From Fistulifera solaris (taxonomy: Eukaryota), in NCBI GenBank assembly GCA_030295235.1, contig AP026127.1, positions 434,001 to 498,000 of the forward strand: DNA of 64,000 bases, given 5' to 3'. Under the pieces are notes generated by a model. The model was not told the origin of the DNA. It did no database searches and saw nothing but the letters and a program-made list of their open reading frames with translations. Shown one piece after another: positions 24,647 through 37,200 of this stretch. The stretch's first letter is position 1; every line of letters begins with the position of its first letter. The position numbers were made by a program, and so were the translations under genes.

Positions 24647-26224
24647 ATGGCAACGAGCGACGAAACGAGCGCGGCCTTTGCGGAAGCACTCGAAGAAGTG
24701 CACACACGCTTCGTTCTCAACTTGCCCGATTCGGAGCTGAAAACAGCCGACCGTATATTCTTTCAAATCGAACAGGCGTGGTGGTTTTATGAGGACTTGA
24801 TTTGTGATGTACATCCGGAATGGAATCTTCCTCGTTTTTCGTCACTGAAACCGTTCTCTTTGAAGTTGTTCGAATATTCACCGCTTCTGCCGGATGTCAA
24901 AGAGTTTCCGGCCATGTGGGCCTCGTTCAACAACTACAAGCGCAAGATATCCAATTACGGATGTATTTTAATGAATGCAGATTGTTCGAAATTCGTTCTT
25001 TGTCGAGTTTGGAATGGCAAATCCTATACATTCCCCTCGGGGAAAATCAACCAAGGCGAAGAGGGCAACGCTGCGGCGGCCCGTGAAACGTACGAAGAAA
25101 CTGGTTTTGATCCAGCCGCGAAATTTGGAACGACCGCTGAGTGGTTACAGCAGGATCCGACAAAGATAACTTGGAATATGGCGCTCCCTGAAAGTGATGT
25201 TTTGACCGTCAAAGATGACAACGGCAAGCGTCGGGTCGCGTACGTCGTGGTAGGTGTCCCCGAGGATTTTCCGTTTCAACCCGTCGCGCGTAAAGAAGTA
25301 TCCGATATTTCTTGGTTCTCTCTTGATGAAGTTCCTAAGAATAATTACGCAGTACTCCCTTTTATGGGTCACCTCAAAAATTGGATTCGCAAGAATAAGA
25401 AAGGGGCAAATCGTCGAAGCGGTAGCAATCGCAATGGAGGTTCACGCTCGAATACCCCTAAAGACACCCCCGATCGTCGTAAGGGCACAAATAACAAATC
25501 AAACACCAACACTTCGAACCGAAGCAGAAACAGCCGTGGCCGGGTGACGCAACAAGACGACGACATTGTCCGTACCGGACTGGCCCATGCCGGAGACGTA
25601 TCTGGATGGAGTGAAGAAGAAATGTTCCGTGTCAACGAGAAACTCATTGGGCGTCGTGTTGAATACGACGGCAACCCGCACGTCTTTGCCGAAGAGGGCT
25701 TCCGTGGGACCGATCCTCACGCGTTCCGGGTCATTGGCGGTGCATTTTCTTCCGGCATTCAATCACTGGCTCCGCCTCCAGATCGGAGCAAACTTCAGCC
25801 TTTGTTTCATTCCAAGTCGGATACAGACGAGCTGACGCCATTTTTTTCGGATGATGGTGTTACACCTTGGGGTGAAGTGGTGGAAGGGGCTTGTGATAAG
25901 GTTAGTGCTCCTGCAAAATCAAGTCAACGAAAAGCAGCGAGCAAGAAAAAGGAAAGGAGTGCGGGTTCATCGACGGGCGAGACCAATGCGGACGAGTTAT
26001 TCTTGACGGATAGGGAAATTACTTCCAAGAGTCAGCAATCAAAGCATTCGTCCTTGCCTTCAAAACTGGAAATACTTCGAAAGCAATACGAGGAAGATAC
26101 AATATACATCCAACAATGGGCTGCGCGTCTGCCAAAACCATTGCCGACGCGAATTTTCGGCGAATTTAAGTTCGATATTGATTGTATCATGGTGGAGGTT
26201 AATCGAATATTGAGAGTTGATTAA
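24647..26224 (+). CDS. DCP2: mRNA decapping enzyme DCP2
   Basis: Box A (RFVLNLP...RIFFQIEQAWWFYED) and Nudix box (FPSGKINQGE...AAARETYEETG), then RKEVSDISWF. Confidence 0.93.
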   Translation: MATSDETSAAFAEALEEVHTRFVLNLPDSELKTADRIFFQIEQAWWFYEDLICDVHPEWNLPRFSSLKPFSLKLFEYSPLLPDVKEFPAMWASFNNYKRKISNYGCILMNADCSKFVLCRVWNGKSYTFPSGKINQGEEGNAAAARETYEETGFDPAAKFGTTAEWLQQDPTKITWNMALPESDVLTVKDDNGKRRVAYVVVGVPEDFPFQPVARKEVSDISWFSLDEVPKNNYAVLPFMGHLKNWIRKNKKGANRRSGSNRNGGSRSNTPKDTPDRRKGTNNKSNTNTSNRSRNSRGRVTQQDDDIVRTGLAHAGDVSGWSEEEMFRVNEKLIGRRVEYDGNPHVFAEEGFRGTDPHAFRVIGGAFSSGIQSLAPPPDRSKLQPLFHSKSDTDELTPFFSDDGVTPWGEVVEGACDKVSAPAKSSQRKAASKKKERSAGSSTGETNADELFLTDREITSKSQQSKHSSLPSKLEILRKQYEEDTIYIQQWAARLPKPLPTRIFGEFKFDIDCIMVEVNRILRVD

Positions 26225-27279
26225 TGGCTACAGAATGATACTTCATCCATTGTCAATTTACTAGATGATAATTTGTCTTGTTGGGGATGTGAAGCGGTAC
26301 GAAGGATGTATAGACTAAGTGTCGTCCTGACAACATGTTCGGGGATGCATGGAAGATCGATGATTGCTGCTTACTGACTGATCACGCAAATCGACTCCAA
26401 TACGTGCGATCTTTGTCACAATAACAGGCCTCGTCTACGCGTATCGACGCCAGGAATGACCAGTTATGCAGCACTGACGGGTAAACTAAGCGCCTTCAGT
26501 GTCATTTTCCGTCGTCATAACATCTTATCAAGGAAGAGTGACATTATTCATCAAAGAAATGTCATGAAAAGAACAATTTTCGTCCCAAAATCGATTGTTG
26601 CGATCGAATGAGGCTTGTTGCAAAAAAATGGGCCAAAAATCATGGGCAGCCCCCTTGCATTTTGGAGCATAAAATCACGGTTTGGTTGAATAGCTCTTCA
26701 AAGTAACATCAATTGAATGTAACATTATGTAGTAGTGTTGACCTTCGGAGCGGTACTTACCTAGTGCGACATGTCGGAGCGCGTATCGAGAGTGTCTCTC
26801 AGGACATACGGACAGACCGCACCCTCTTTCTTACTCGTGACCAAAATGAAAGACCGTGACTCGTACTTGTCGTACTACATTATCTATAGTCGACGTCAGC
26901 ATGATGAGCGTCTTTTGTCCAATTCGGACTGCTGATCATCCTCCGATCATTGTGCTACATGACTAAGCTACGATTGCCTTGATTGAGATGCAGTTACTTT
27001 CAGCAGCATCAATTGCGCACGATGTGTTCATTATATAATAAAACTCTGCGTCTCCTCGCTTTGAGAAATTACTATCGAGCAAAGAGAAGACGACTTTTTA
27101 CCACGAATGCATTTTCAGTCATGAGGTCATGCGCGAAAATAAAACTCTACCAGGTACCTGGTAAACTAAACCAAATTGTCTTTATAGAGGTCTAGCTACA
27201 AAGCTGCATCTGAATACTCTTTTACAAAAGCTACGTATTTGTTTTTAAACATTTTCAATAATAAGAGAGCGCTTCTCCG

Positions 27280-30200
27280 GTGTTCAAGACGCTGGATAAC
27301 CTCAACTCCAAGCAAGACTTGGCACGACTCGCGACTCCATTCGGAACCTGCGATCGCGATCGCGGAAATTCCACCCAACAGAAAGCGAAAAAGATCGAAA
27401 GATTTGTTATTGACAACAAAAGACAAAACGACCCTCTCATAATCACAAGCATCTGGAATCACAAGCAACAGCGGACAAATGCGAAACAATATTCGTTATT
27501 CACAATACTGGGACGTAAAATGTCCTCCTGTGAAACGACATATCATTGTGGGCCATTTTGTCCCGACTTTGCGCGGGGCCTTGGGGATTCATCGACCCAA
27601 ACGATTGGTCATTGAAATTGAAGGAGATTCTTCCTCAGCGGATCTTTCACTTCATGACGAAGACAAAGTGACGATACGAGTATTGAGACCGAAACGCGAT
27701 CGGGGGAAACAGTGGACCAGTCCGTTCTCGTCTCGTGAGAATGGCGACGATGATGATTATTCGTCACTGGGTCAAGTTAGTGTCGAAGAGGAAGAAGAAG
27801 AATCACAGTACGAGGGATGGATGCAATACCGACATTACACGCTGGAAGAAATAGATAAGGAAAGTTCACCAAATGATACAACTTGGGTGGCGTCGATGGG
27901 GAGAACCAGTACAAGAGAAGTCCGCGAATTTCATTTTGAGTCAGCCAAAGAAGGTTCGTAAAGTCGTTGGGTTGTGCGCTACCGATTAATAGCATTATCA
28001 GCAACTCAATACTTTTAACAGCAACGGCATTCAAAAAGATTCTTGAAACATTGCGATCTCAAGTCAAAGAGCGATCCGAAGCTTATCTCGAAGCTTTTCG
28101 CATATCTCAGATCAAAGATCATTCAATAGCATTGAAAACCGTTGATGCAGAGAAAGACGGTGATCAGCTCCAAATCCTTGTGGAAATTGTTTCGGCTACA
28201 GATCTTCCGATTGCAGACCATAAGACATCCGATCCTTATACGATTTGCTATTTGGGCAAAGAGGAAATCCATCGCACGCTTCCCATTTTTAGAAGCTTGA
28301 ATCCAATTTGGACGGTTCATACCGGCTCGCTCTTTTGCTGCAAACCTCAGCAGAGGCTCTTTTGCTACATCGGGCCTGACGTTTTTGGTGAAGGATTACG
28401 ATTCTGTGACAAAGAATGATCCCTTGGGACAGATTGTTGTCTCGGCACCCAAAATCCTTGAATTCGCGGATTTGCAACCCAGCGAACGGCTGGAGTTTCC
28501 GTTGACACTGTTAGGCCAGCATCGAAAGTCGTCGACGTACCTTCATCCAGTTCTGTATTTGAGGTTTCGTCATGCTTCCAAAGAGGATTTGTCCTTCTTG
28601 TCCAGGCTACAAAACATGAGACGGAGAAAGGGAATCGGAATCTATGCTAACAACGTTTTTGCCCGACCGCGGATCAAAATTGCCAATCCGCTCCAGCGGG
28701 AAAGTAGAATCGAGCAAGGACAACGCGTTGTAAGTAGACTCGTGTATTCCATGCCTTTATCGTTTATATCACAAAGAACTTAACGTCATTGATTGGCAGT
28801 ATCGAGTCAAACCGTACCCAGACCCTGAACGACCGGAAGATACCAAATGGCTCTCCGCCAAAGCACTCGACGAAGAAACCTTAAAACCATCTTACAATTG
28901 GATCGAAGCTGGGTCTGGGAGACTTGGTAAAATTTACCTCGAGATTCTAAGGTGTACGGACCTTCCCAATATGGATATTGGTAGTAAGACGGATGCATTT
29001 TGTTCCATCATTTTTGAGGATTGCATTGTGAACACGGACGTGATTAACGATGAATTGAGCCCAAGATGGCCACCATGGTCACAACGCGCGTTCTGCTTTC
29101 GCATGGCACATGGGTCGTCTCAGATTTTAATTGGAGTTTTCGACCATGAGATTGACAAAGGTGCTACACCGATCGGCCGTGTGAGTGTTGACGTTACAAA
29201 CTTACATCCAAACACAGAATACGTCTTGGTGTTTGATTTGTACAAGTCAATTTTAGACAATGTCCGTCGAGAAGTCGGCAAGGTTACGATAAGGCTGAAA
29301 ATGGAATACGATAGTTTCAAAGATGTCGTATTTGGCTCTTTGCAAATACCGTCGCTGAACTACATCAACCTAGCGAAGAAAGCCGATTTTCGTTGCGCGC
29401 ACTTTGTCTGCTATGGCGAAGAAAATCTGCAGCGAATGGACATGGAAGCAATTTACAGCTACAAGGCCGAAATTGAGGAGTATCTTTCTGTTTTCAATCA
29501 AGTGGGACGGGCTGCGATCACCCTGTTTTTATGGCGCGGGCACGTGAACTTTCCAGGAACCGCAATTAAGTTGCCCATCCATTCGATGATTGCTTATATT
29601 GTGGCTAGCTCTTTGATCGAAAACTGGAACCGATTACCCGCCGTTTTCTTTTCAGCATAACCTGGTTCCTTCTCGCAACAAATGAACACCGATATCGACA
29701 TCCTTCACCTTGGCACCAGCCCATGTCATTCACAGATATGTGGCACGCTCTGCTGTTTGGAGATATGGTGAGGCCGGCCATGATATCGGAACATGAGAAC
29801 GAAAGCGCTGTTCGACGATACAAGCAGGCTCTATTAAAGCGGCAAGAAAAAGAGCGGGAGGCGTCGGAACGAGCGCAAGCCCGCGCCGAAGAAATAGCGA
29901 ATTTGACGAGTGGCGAAGGAATGGAGGACGAGATGATGGAAACGAAGCTTGGAAAGTTGACGATCAACCCTCTCGCGCCGTTACTTTTACGGGTTCAAGA
30001 CATTTTGGGTTTAGTCTGCAAGTGCTTGCGTATCATTAGGAGCATAATCATGTGGGATGAGTGTTACATTGCTTTTGCTCTCGCAAACGTCTGTCTCGCT
30101 CTCTCGCTGATCTTGTTGTTCATTCCATGGAACATCATCTTGCGGTGGTCGCTCCGCCTTGTTGTTCATTCTTTGATGGGGCCCTGGATGAAACTGGTCG

Positions 30201-30568
30201 ACGTATTCTATTGGCAAAAATTAGACAGTCAATGTGACGACAACGTTGCAAAGCAGCTGCAAATTGCCGCCAGAGAGAAAATGGAGTCTTTGAACATTGC
30301 AAAGAAGGCCTTTATGATGAAAATGGAGGATTTTAGCAAGACGAAGGCCATCAAGCGATATATGTTTGGCAAGTTTGTCACGCGAGTTCCTCAATTCAAA
30401 GAATACCGCTACAAGGATAATCCTCTCCCCGAGTCGACGGCGATGCCGTTCGATATGAAGCTAGTTTCAAACATGATTAGGGCAAGGCAACATGGACAAG
30501 CACTTTCTGGACACATGATTCCGCTGTGGAGTGGGGCGAAGGAGTATGAGCATGAGGAAGGAGAATGA
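27280..30568 (+). CDS. Multiple C2-domain membrane protein; start uncertain
   Basis: C2 motifs EIVSATDLPIADHKTSDPY...SLNPIW, KDYDSVTKNDPLG and DLPNMDIGSKTDAF...LSPRW. C-terminal hydrophobic segments. Introns near 27958-28021 and 28729-28799, plus frameshifts. Confidence 0.75.
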
Positions 30569-30664
30569 GGATCATGATGCTAGAACTGAGATTATTACGG
30601 AGTAGTTTTTGTTTACCACAAAAACAAATATTTAAAATTCATCACTTATCACATAAAAACCGCT

Positions 30665-33054
30665 TTATTCTTCTTCTTCGACCATTTCTTTCTCCGGAGT
30701 GGCATCGTCATCAGCTTTACCAGCAGCAGCCATAGCAGCGGCGGGGCGGACGGGCTCTTTCCCAAGCATTGCGTTGACCGCTCCCGACAAGACCATGTTA
30801 ATGTCGTCGGAACTTTCAGAGAGAGGAAGAACGGTGATGATGATAGCGGCACCAAAACCCCAGCACATGGCGATCAAAACCCAGAATGCGAAATAGCTCT
30901 TGGAGAAAACGCCTGCAGGGACAGAAAGAAGGGGCCAAATGACAATCAAAACCAATGTCAAGACGTATCCACGACGAACGATCCAGCGCTCGGCCTTCTC
31001 CAAAACACGAGGATCTTTCTCGGCTTCCGTCAGGCCACGGCGATCGTCTTCGACGAGTTTGATGCTGGCATCAAGAGTAGCGAAATCATAATCCTGAGGA
31101 TCGATGAAGACCGAGTAAACATAGTGAATAAAACCAGAGGAGAGAATAGCGATCAAGTTACCGCTAAGCATGACTTCGTTGGTACCCAATGCATCGATGG
31201 AAATTTCACCACTCTGGATTGTGGCGGCAACCAACCATCCCGTAACCGCCAAGGCAAGACCACTCCATGCAGCAATGACGGCTCCAGTTCCAGACGCCTT
31301 CTTCCACGTCATCATATTCCAAAGAGGAAACACGGCAGATCCGATAACAACACCCATGAAAAGGTAGACCCATCCAAGATTCTAAAGAGGAAAAGTGGGT
31401 TAGACTGTTGTCGACTACCATAGCGTGGCATCAGTTACCGTACCAGGTACTTACCAATCCGATTTCGTAAAGAATAATGGAAAACACTCCCATGAAAGCT
31501 CCAAACACGACAATAACAACACGGGAAACAAAAGAATTTGTTCACCTGTGGCTTCGGGGTTGATGTATTCACGATAGATATCGTAAGCAACCAACGAGGA
31601 TACGGCGATCGACTCGGCCGAACCGGTAGACACAATGGCCATGAAAAGCATGATCAAGATTAGAGCAGCACCGGTGTTACCAAGCAACTCGACAGCAACA
31701 GCAGGAGGGACGAGTCCAGAACCAGCTTCACTGGAGCTAATGGGCAACATGAGGGCAGTCGACGCCAAACCGAGAGATGTGGCGAGCGAGAAGGGAATGG
31801 AGAACCAGCAGATTCTGCAGAAGAGAACGAAAGAGAATATGAGAAAGATGGTGCATAAAATAGTCAGCATTTTCAATCGACAACACTTACCCTCCGAGCA
31901 AGTATCCCTTGGCGGCACTTTCGGGGCGAGCGGCAATGGCCGACTGCCAGTAAGACTGATCCACAAAGACGGTTCCAAAGTTCCCGACAATGTTAATCAA
32001 GCCAAACATGAGACCATCACTGGACAACATAGTCAAGAATGAGCCATCTTTGTTTCCAGAGACAGGGCCACATGCATATTTGCCAGGTGCAAAGAACGTT
32101 TCGTTCTTCGTGGCGTCAAAAAGTAATCCTCGCAGAACGCAGTGTCACGCTCCACCGTCGCCTTCAAGAAATCGTAAATGATGTCACTGCTATATTCTTT
32201 CACATAAACCAGGAAAACCATCGAAATGAGGACGGCGAAGATGATCATGGTGTGAAGGTAACTGGCCAAGAAGGTAGCTTGGAGACCACCCGAGGCCGTG
32301 TAGAGAATAATACCCCATGGAATCAAGAAGGAAGCCAGACGGTAATCCATACCGGTCAAGGCTTCCACGGTGGCGGCACCACCGAGCAAAAGCATCGATG
32401 TCACAATAATGTTCGCGCAGAAGCAAAAGAAGAGGAATGTCAAATGCGCCGTGCGTCCCCATCGAGCATTCACAATCTCCGCGACCGTGTGGGAAGATGG
32501 CGCTACCTGCAATTCAAGTGAATGAATTTGTGTTAGATATGCCGCATTATGTGTATGCAAATGTGACGAACCGAGTGTCTTTAACGTAAACAACTTACCT
32601 TTTTGAGGTTAATGGCCAAAACACCGAACAAAAGAACTTGGATGGTGGCACCACTGGCGTACCAGAAAGGTCCCGAGACACCGTACGCCCAAGCGACGTT
32701 GGAAGATTGCAGAAGCGTAGCGGCCCATGTCCACTGACTGATAATCACGGAAGCTGTCAAACCTGTCTTGACCATGCGACCCGCGGTGCTGTAAAACACA
32801 ACGTCAGAATTTTGTCATAGATATAACTCCATAATTGAACTACACTAGACTTACTTGAAATGCTCACTGGTTTCATCTCCTTTTGCACCGTAATGCTTGT
32901 TAAGGAAGACGAGGAAGGTCGTAAAGACACTAAAGAACATACCGAAACCGAGAACGACGAGGTAACCGACACCTTCCGACAGGGGTGATGACCCACCAAA
33001 GTAGGAATCAACGCCTCGGTACCGTTCAAACGGAGGGATTTCAATTTCAGCCAT
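30665..33054 (-). CDS. DUR3: Urea active transporter (sodium:solute symporter family), multi-exon
   Basis: [74 protein letters not shown] and [20 protein letters not shown]. Introns include 32789-32854 and 32507-32598. Confidence 0.95.
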
Positions 33055-33469
33055 GATTGCTTACAAGATGTCAAAGGATTGCGGATCTAAACAGCAAACC
33101 TGAGAAAATGGCAAAGATCGCAGGTGAGCAAAATCAGAAAGATCTGCGTCGTCCAATCTTCCCGAAGTTTGCACCCGTACCTTTTCTACGCAAACAGGAT
33201 GGCGACGGGATGGAACTCTCAACAAGTTCTGTGCATTTTTACGGAAGTTCTGAAGCGGCTTCGGACGCGCGGATCGGCCGGCGCGGCGCGCCTTTTTATT
33301 TAACCCCCAGCTACGTGGCTTGTAGCACTACTTGTAAGGAAAACCTTTTTCTGTCCATCAAAGATCCAGACAATACCAAATACGGAGTACCAAAGAAATA
33401 GTGTTCACGTTTTACTCATCGACAATCATTCACGCATCGGAATTTCGGTCCATCTGCTTTCGAAACGTC

Positions 33470-33579
33470 AACAACCGACAACAACCGACAACAATCGACA
33501 ATCGACAATCGACACATCGAAATCGAACATCATTGTTTGATGTTTGATGTCACGCACGTGACACGTGACACGTGACACG
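33470..33579. promoter_or_regulatory. Short tandem motifs including three CACGTG (G/E-box) sites upstream of DUR3
   Basis: (ACAACCG/ACAATCG)n at about 33470-33515, then CACGTG at 33555, 33562 and 33569 (7-bp period), about 500 bp 5' of the DUR3 ATG. Confidence 0.45.
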
Positions 33580-34059
33580 AAAAACCTCAAGTCAAGTCGT
33601 CTAAAACTGACAAAATTTTTTTGGCAATGCTAGCTCGATACAACGGAAACTAAAGAAAGAGGAACGGAAGAGTGTCCTTGTGAAACTAATCATGAAACGT
33701 GAACTTTTGAAGCCTGAAAGCCGACGAAGACAAAGGATAAGGACGAATAGTCTACAGTAGCCTGGAAACGCTCCCAAAATTGTCCAACTGGCAATCGCCA
33801 GACAATCGTGAGTTACTTCTCACGACAGCCGCTGTAACAATCTAGCTAGACTAGAGAAAGACTTTCTGTTCACTCGACCGCTGATGGGCGATGCTAGGTC
33901 CTTTAAAGAGCGAGAATCCAGCCAGCACCACAGGTGCGTTGAGCTACTTCTCTACTGACCAACATTCAAAAGTACTTGTTGTTCTTGATACTACGTCTAA
34001 GCGTGGTGGTTGTGGCTAACTTCTGTTGTTAATTCCTCGATCTCAAGGTCCATAAGGGT

Positions 34060-34645
34060 CCATAGTGATTACGGAAGACAAGGTTTCGCAATAAAATCAA
34101 CGCATGTCATGAAAATGCTACTAAGGAGTATTGCATTGCAACAACGACAAACAAACGAAACCGTAGGCGCCGTAGTCTAGGTAACATTGTCGCTCGAAAG
34201 AAAATTTACTTATGACTGAAGTGCTGTCATGGCGAAACTCGTAAAACAGTTTGATTTCTACTGTAGTATTTTTTTTACGGCAAACAACGTTTCGCAAGCT
34301 TTTCAATGTTAAATATCAAGGTGAGAAATTCAAACGCTGCTAAAAGTTCCTTGACTGGAAGGTTCGGGAAAAGTGTACACTCACGTAGGCCCCCGTAGAA
34401 AAATGTACCAAGCAGGAAAGGACGTTAAAATTCTGCCTCTCAGTACAAGTTTCTACGTGGAGCCTACGGCGAGACAGAATTTTAACGTCGTTTCCAGAGG
34501 TGCGTTCCCGTGTCTCCCTGCCATTTGGACCCATAGAAGTCAATATCTTGGGCAAAGGAACGGCTTGAAGATACCAGGTAACATTGTCGCTTGACAGCAG
34601 AGTCATTCATGACTGAACTTACTGAACAGCAGTCGTGGAAAAGTC
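34060..34645 (-). repeat. Degenerate minus-strand array of the dispersed repeat family
   Basis: Reverse complement of 34178-34304 has AAAAGCTTGCGAAACGTTGTTTGCCGT and CTTCAGTCATAA...TTCTTTCGAGCGACAATGTTACCTA, matching array 3 units. AGGTAACATTGTCGCT...ATGACTGAA repeats at 34576-34643. Confidence 0.7.
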
Positions 34646-35371
34646 AAGGATACTTGTACACTGGACGATACAAGTAGACGATAGTTGATGCGATTTTCAA
34701 TATTTTGTGGCAGACGCAAATTCTGACTACTGTGTTGTCAAAACGATCTTCTTTCCCTTTGTTTACTTACACTCGCCGCCTTCGGCGTCTAATAGCTTTA
34801 TCGTGAAAAGAACGTAAGATTCAGAAATGAAACAAGGAAGCAACTCTTCGTGAAGCAAGTAAGATCTCAGTCTACCATAAGAATACCCATGGAAGGTCGT
34901 AAGTTCAACGAGTTATTGCGTGAGTTCCCTGCTTTAGTATCTTATGCAATGTGAGCCAGCTTCATTCTACACTCTCTAGAAAGCGCTAAATGAATAGTGA
35001 ATGCTTGTAAATTGTTTTCTCCTTAACTCTTTCTAGCGTTTTTAGCAGTAAAGATACTTTTACTACTACTTACGAGGGGGGGACGTGTTGGGGCTTGGTA
35101 CCGGTACCCAGCACCCAGCATACTTTTCCTTACTTCAGCAGCGGGCAAAGTTATTAAAATTATTAAGTTTGTTTTGTGGTCTCAAAAGGGAACTAGATAA
35201 TAAGGTTTAGAAGATCCATTTCTGTGCGAACACCCTAGTCGACATGAGGTCTGATAGAGAGAGTAGCTAGCATTGAGCTTCATTAAAAGGCAAAACCCAT
35301 CAAGTTTGTCATATGATTGTTAAGATTGTTTCTAGGTAAACTTATACAAGAAAATCTCCCGACCCTCCAGT

Positions 35372-35995
35372 CTATTTGCAACATTTTCCTTGTGCGCTTG
35401 CATTCGCACCCGCTTTCAAATTGACAGCTTGCTGCTTCTTATTCATGGCCGGACCCCCGTCGGCTACCAATCGATCCTTGACAGCACGCGCGATTCCAAT
35501 GAAACTGTCATCTACGTGAATGTCATTCTTCGCCGAGCACTCCCAGAATGGAATACCGAACTCGGCGGCTAGCTTTTGTCCCTCTTCCGTCGAAACAACC
35601 TTGTCGTCCGTCATGTCGCACTTGTTTCCTACCAGAATTTTGTTGACATGAACGTCAGCATGCTGTTGAATTTGCGATATCCAGTTGCGAATGCTTTCGA
35701 AGCTGCGGCGGTCGGTGACGTCGTACACGAGCAGAATGCCCTGAGCACCGCGGAAATACGAAGTGGTAATAGTGCGGAAGCGTTCTTGACCGGCGGTATC
35801 CCAGATTTGTAGCTTAATGCGAGTGTTATCGATCTCGACGTTCTTGATCTTGAAATCAATACCAATAGTAGTAATGAAAGTAGGACTAAATGAATCGTTG
35901 GCATAACGCAACAACAAACAGGTTTTTCCCACACCCGAGTCACCGATCATGAGCAATTTCACTTGCATGTCGTACGGGGCAGAAGCTGAAGCCAT
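35372..35995 (-). CDS. RAB8: Rab8/Sec4/RabE small GTPase
   Basis: GDSGVGKT, effector [29 protein letters not shown] and SAK motifs. C-terminal CCK prenylation site. Intronless. Confidence 0.95.
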   Translation of the reverse strand: MASASAPYDMQVKLLMIGDSGVGKTCLLLRYANDSFSPTFITTIGIDFKIKNVEIDNTRIKLQIWDTAGQERFRTITTSYFRGAQGILLVYDVTDRRSFESIRNWISQIQQHADVHVNKILVGNKCDMTDDKVVSTEEGQKLAAEFGIPFWECSAKNDIHVDDSFIGIARAVKDRLVADGGPAMNKKQQAVNLKAGANASAQGKCCK

Positions 35996-36668
35996 TTTTC
36001 TTGTTTAGTATTTGAAGAATCAATCCTAATAACACAAACAAAAGACAGTAACCAAATGAAAAGCGTAAACAGGAGGAGAACTTTGCGCTTCAACGGTCCA
36101 ATTGTCGCCATTAAGGACGTACATTGCTGCGCTGCTCTCCGTTCATCACGCGAAAATGCTGGCCGCTATAGCCGGTATTAATCGCTTGTACTTTTGCTTC
36201 TAGAGAGTACCTTAAGTCATTGTAGTATTTAGTGACTCCAACGAAAGACTTCAGTACCGGATCATGTCTTGCCGCAATGCAAGCCTACTTTATCTTTTAC
36301 AGACATATCGACGTTTAGTGTATGTATCTATTCATGACTTTTTGGATTTAATCGTTGCCGGTCGCTCAACTTACTAACTATCTTATACTGGATTTCCAAC
36401 GCATAGATTTTCGGAACACGCCACGTCCCTTTTTCATTCGTATGTGCGCGCGTGCTTGCTGAAAATAGAACTGGATGGAATTTTGGTGCTGGGTGGCGCT
36501 ACGATACAAAGCCGTTCTTTTGAAAGACGACAAAGAAGCAGGACCGAAAATAAGCGCGACCGCCGATGAATTCTTTGCCATTCATTTCATGAAAATGCAT
36601 TGTCGTCCAATGATTACCTATTCTTCTTCCAGCCTCGTTGAATACACAGTCCTTTTGAACGCGAAAAC

Positions 36669-37112
36669 ATGAGACACATCGCTTTCTTCCTCTCTGTCGT
36701 CTTGGCGTTTGACGCGTTGACAGACGCGTTTGTTCTGTCAAGGGAACGACGAATTTCGACGTTCTTGTCATCCACGTCTGATTTTTTGGAAACAAAGGCC
36801 CGGTGAATCAAGCGCAGATTTTTATAAGCGCATTCAACAGGCTTCCAATGATCCTGTTGCTTTTGAAAATTTTGTTTTGGAGACCCGGCGGAAGGAGCGA
36901 CAAGAAAAGTCGCAATCAACATCACCCGACATCGACAAAGACAAGGCAAACACAGACGAACCAAAGCCAGCGTATCAACGAGCCGAAGACTGGGACGCGG
37001 ATCAGAGCAAAAGAGTTTCCGGGTGGGATGAAAAATTCAGTTTGATGGCCTGAGGCACGGAAATGGCTTCAATCAAAATGAAATCCTGCGGCGCCATTTG
37101 AAGGGATTTTAA
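36669..37112 (+). CDS. Small putative plastid-targeted hypothetical protein
   Basis: MRHIAFFLSVVLAFDALTDA-FVLS signal/transit-like N-terminus. After two homopolymer indels it continues KQRPGESSADFYKRIQ...FDGLRHGNGFNQNEILRRHLKGF. Confidence 0.55.
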
Positions 37113-37200
37113 GTGTCTCTCGTAGTATTTGACTAGAAATTCATACTTTATTCGCCCCTGTCTCTTATTCTAGCACGATTAGAGTCGTTAATCTTGTGAA

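Noticed and set aside
24482..35112. Recurring TACCAGGTACC/GGTACCGGTACC palindromes (about 24485, 27147, 31435, 35096)
   Set aside because: They are short low-complexity motifs with no shared flanks or TSDs, so no element can be supported.
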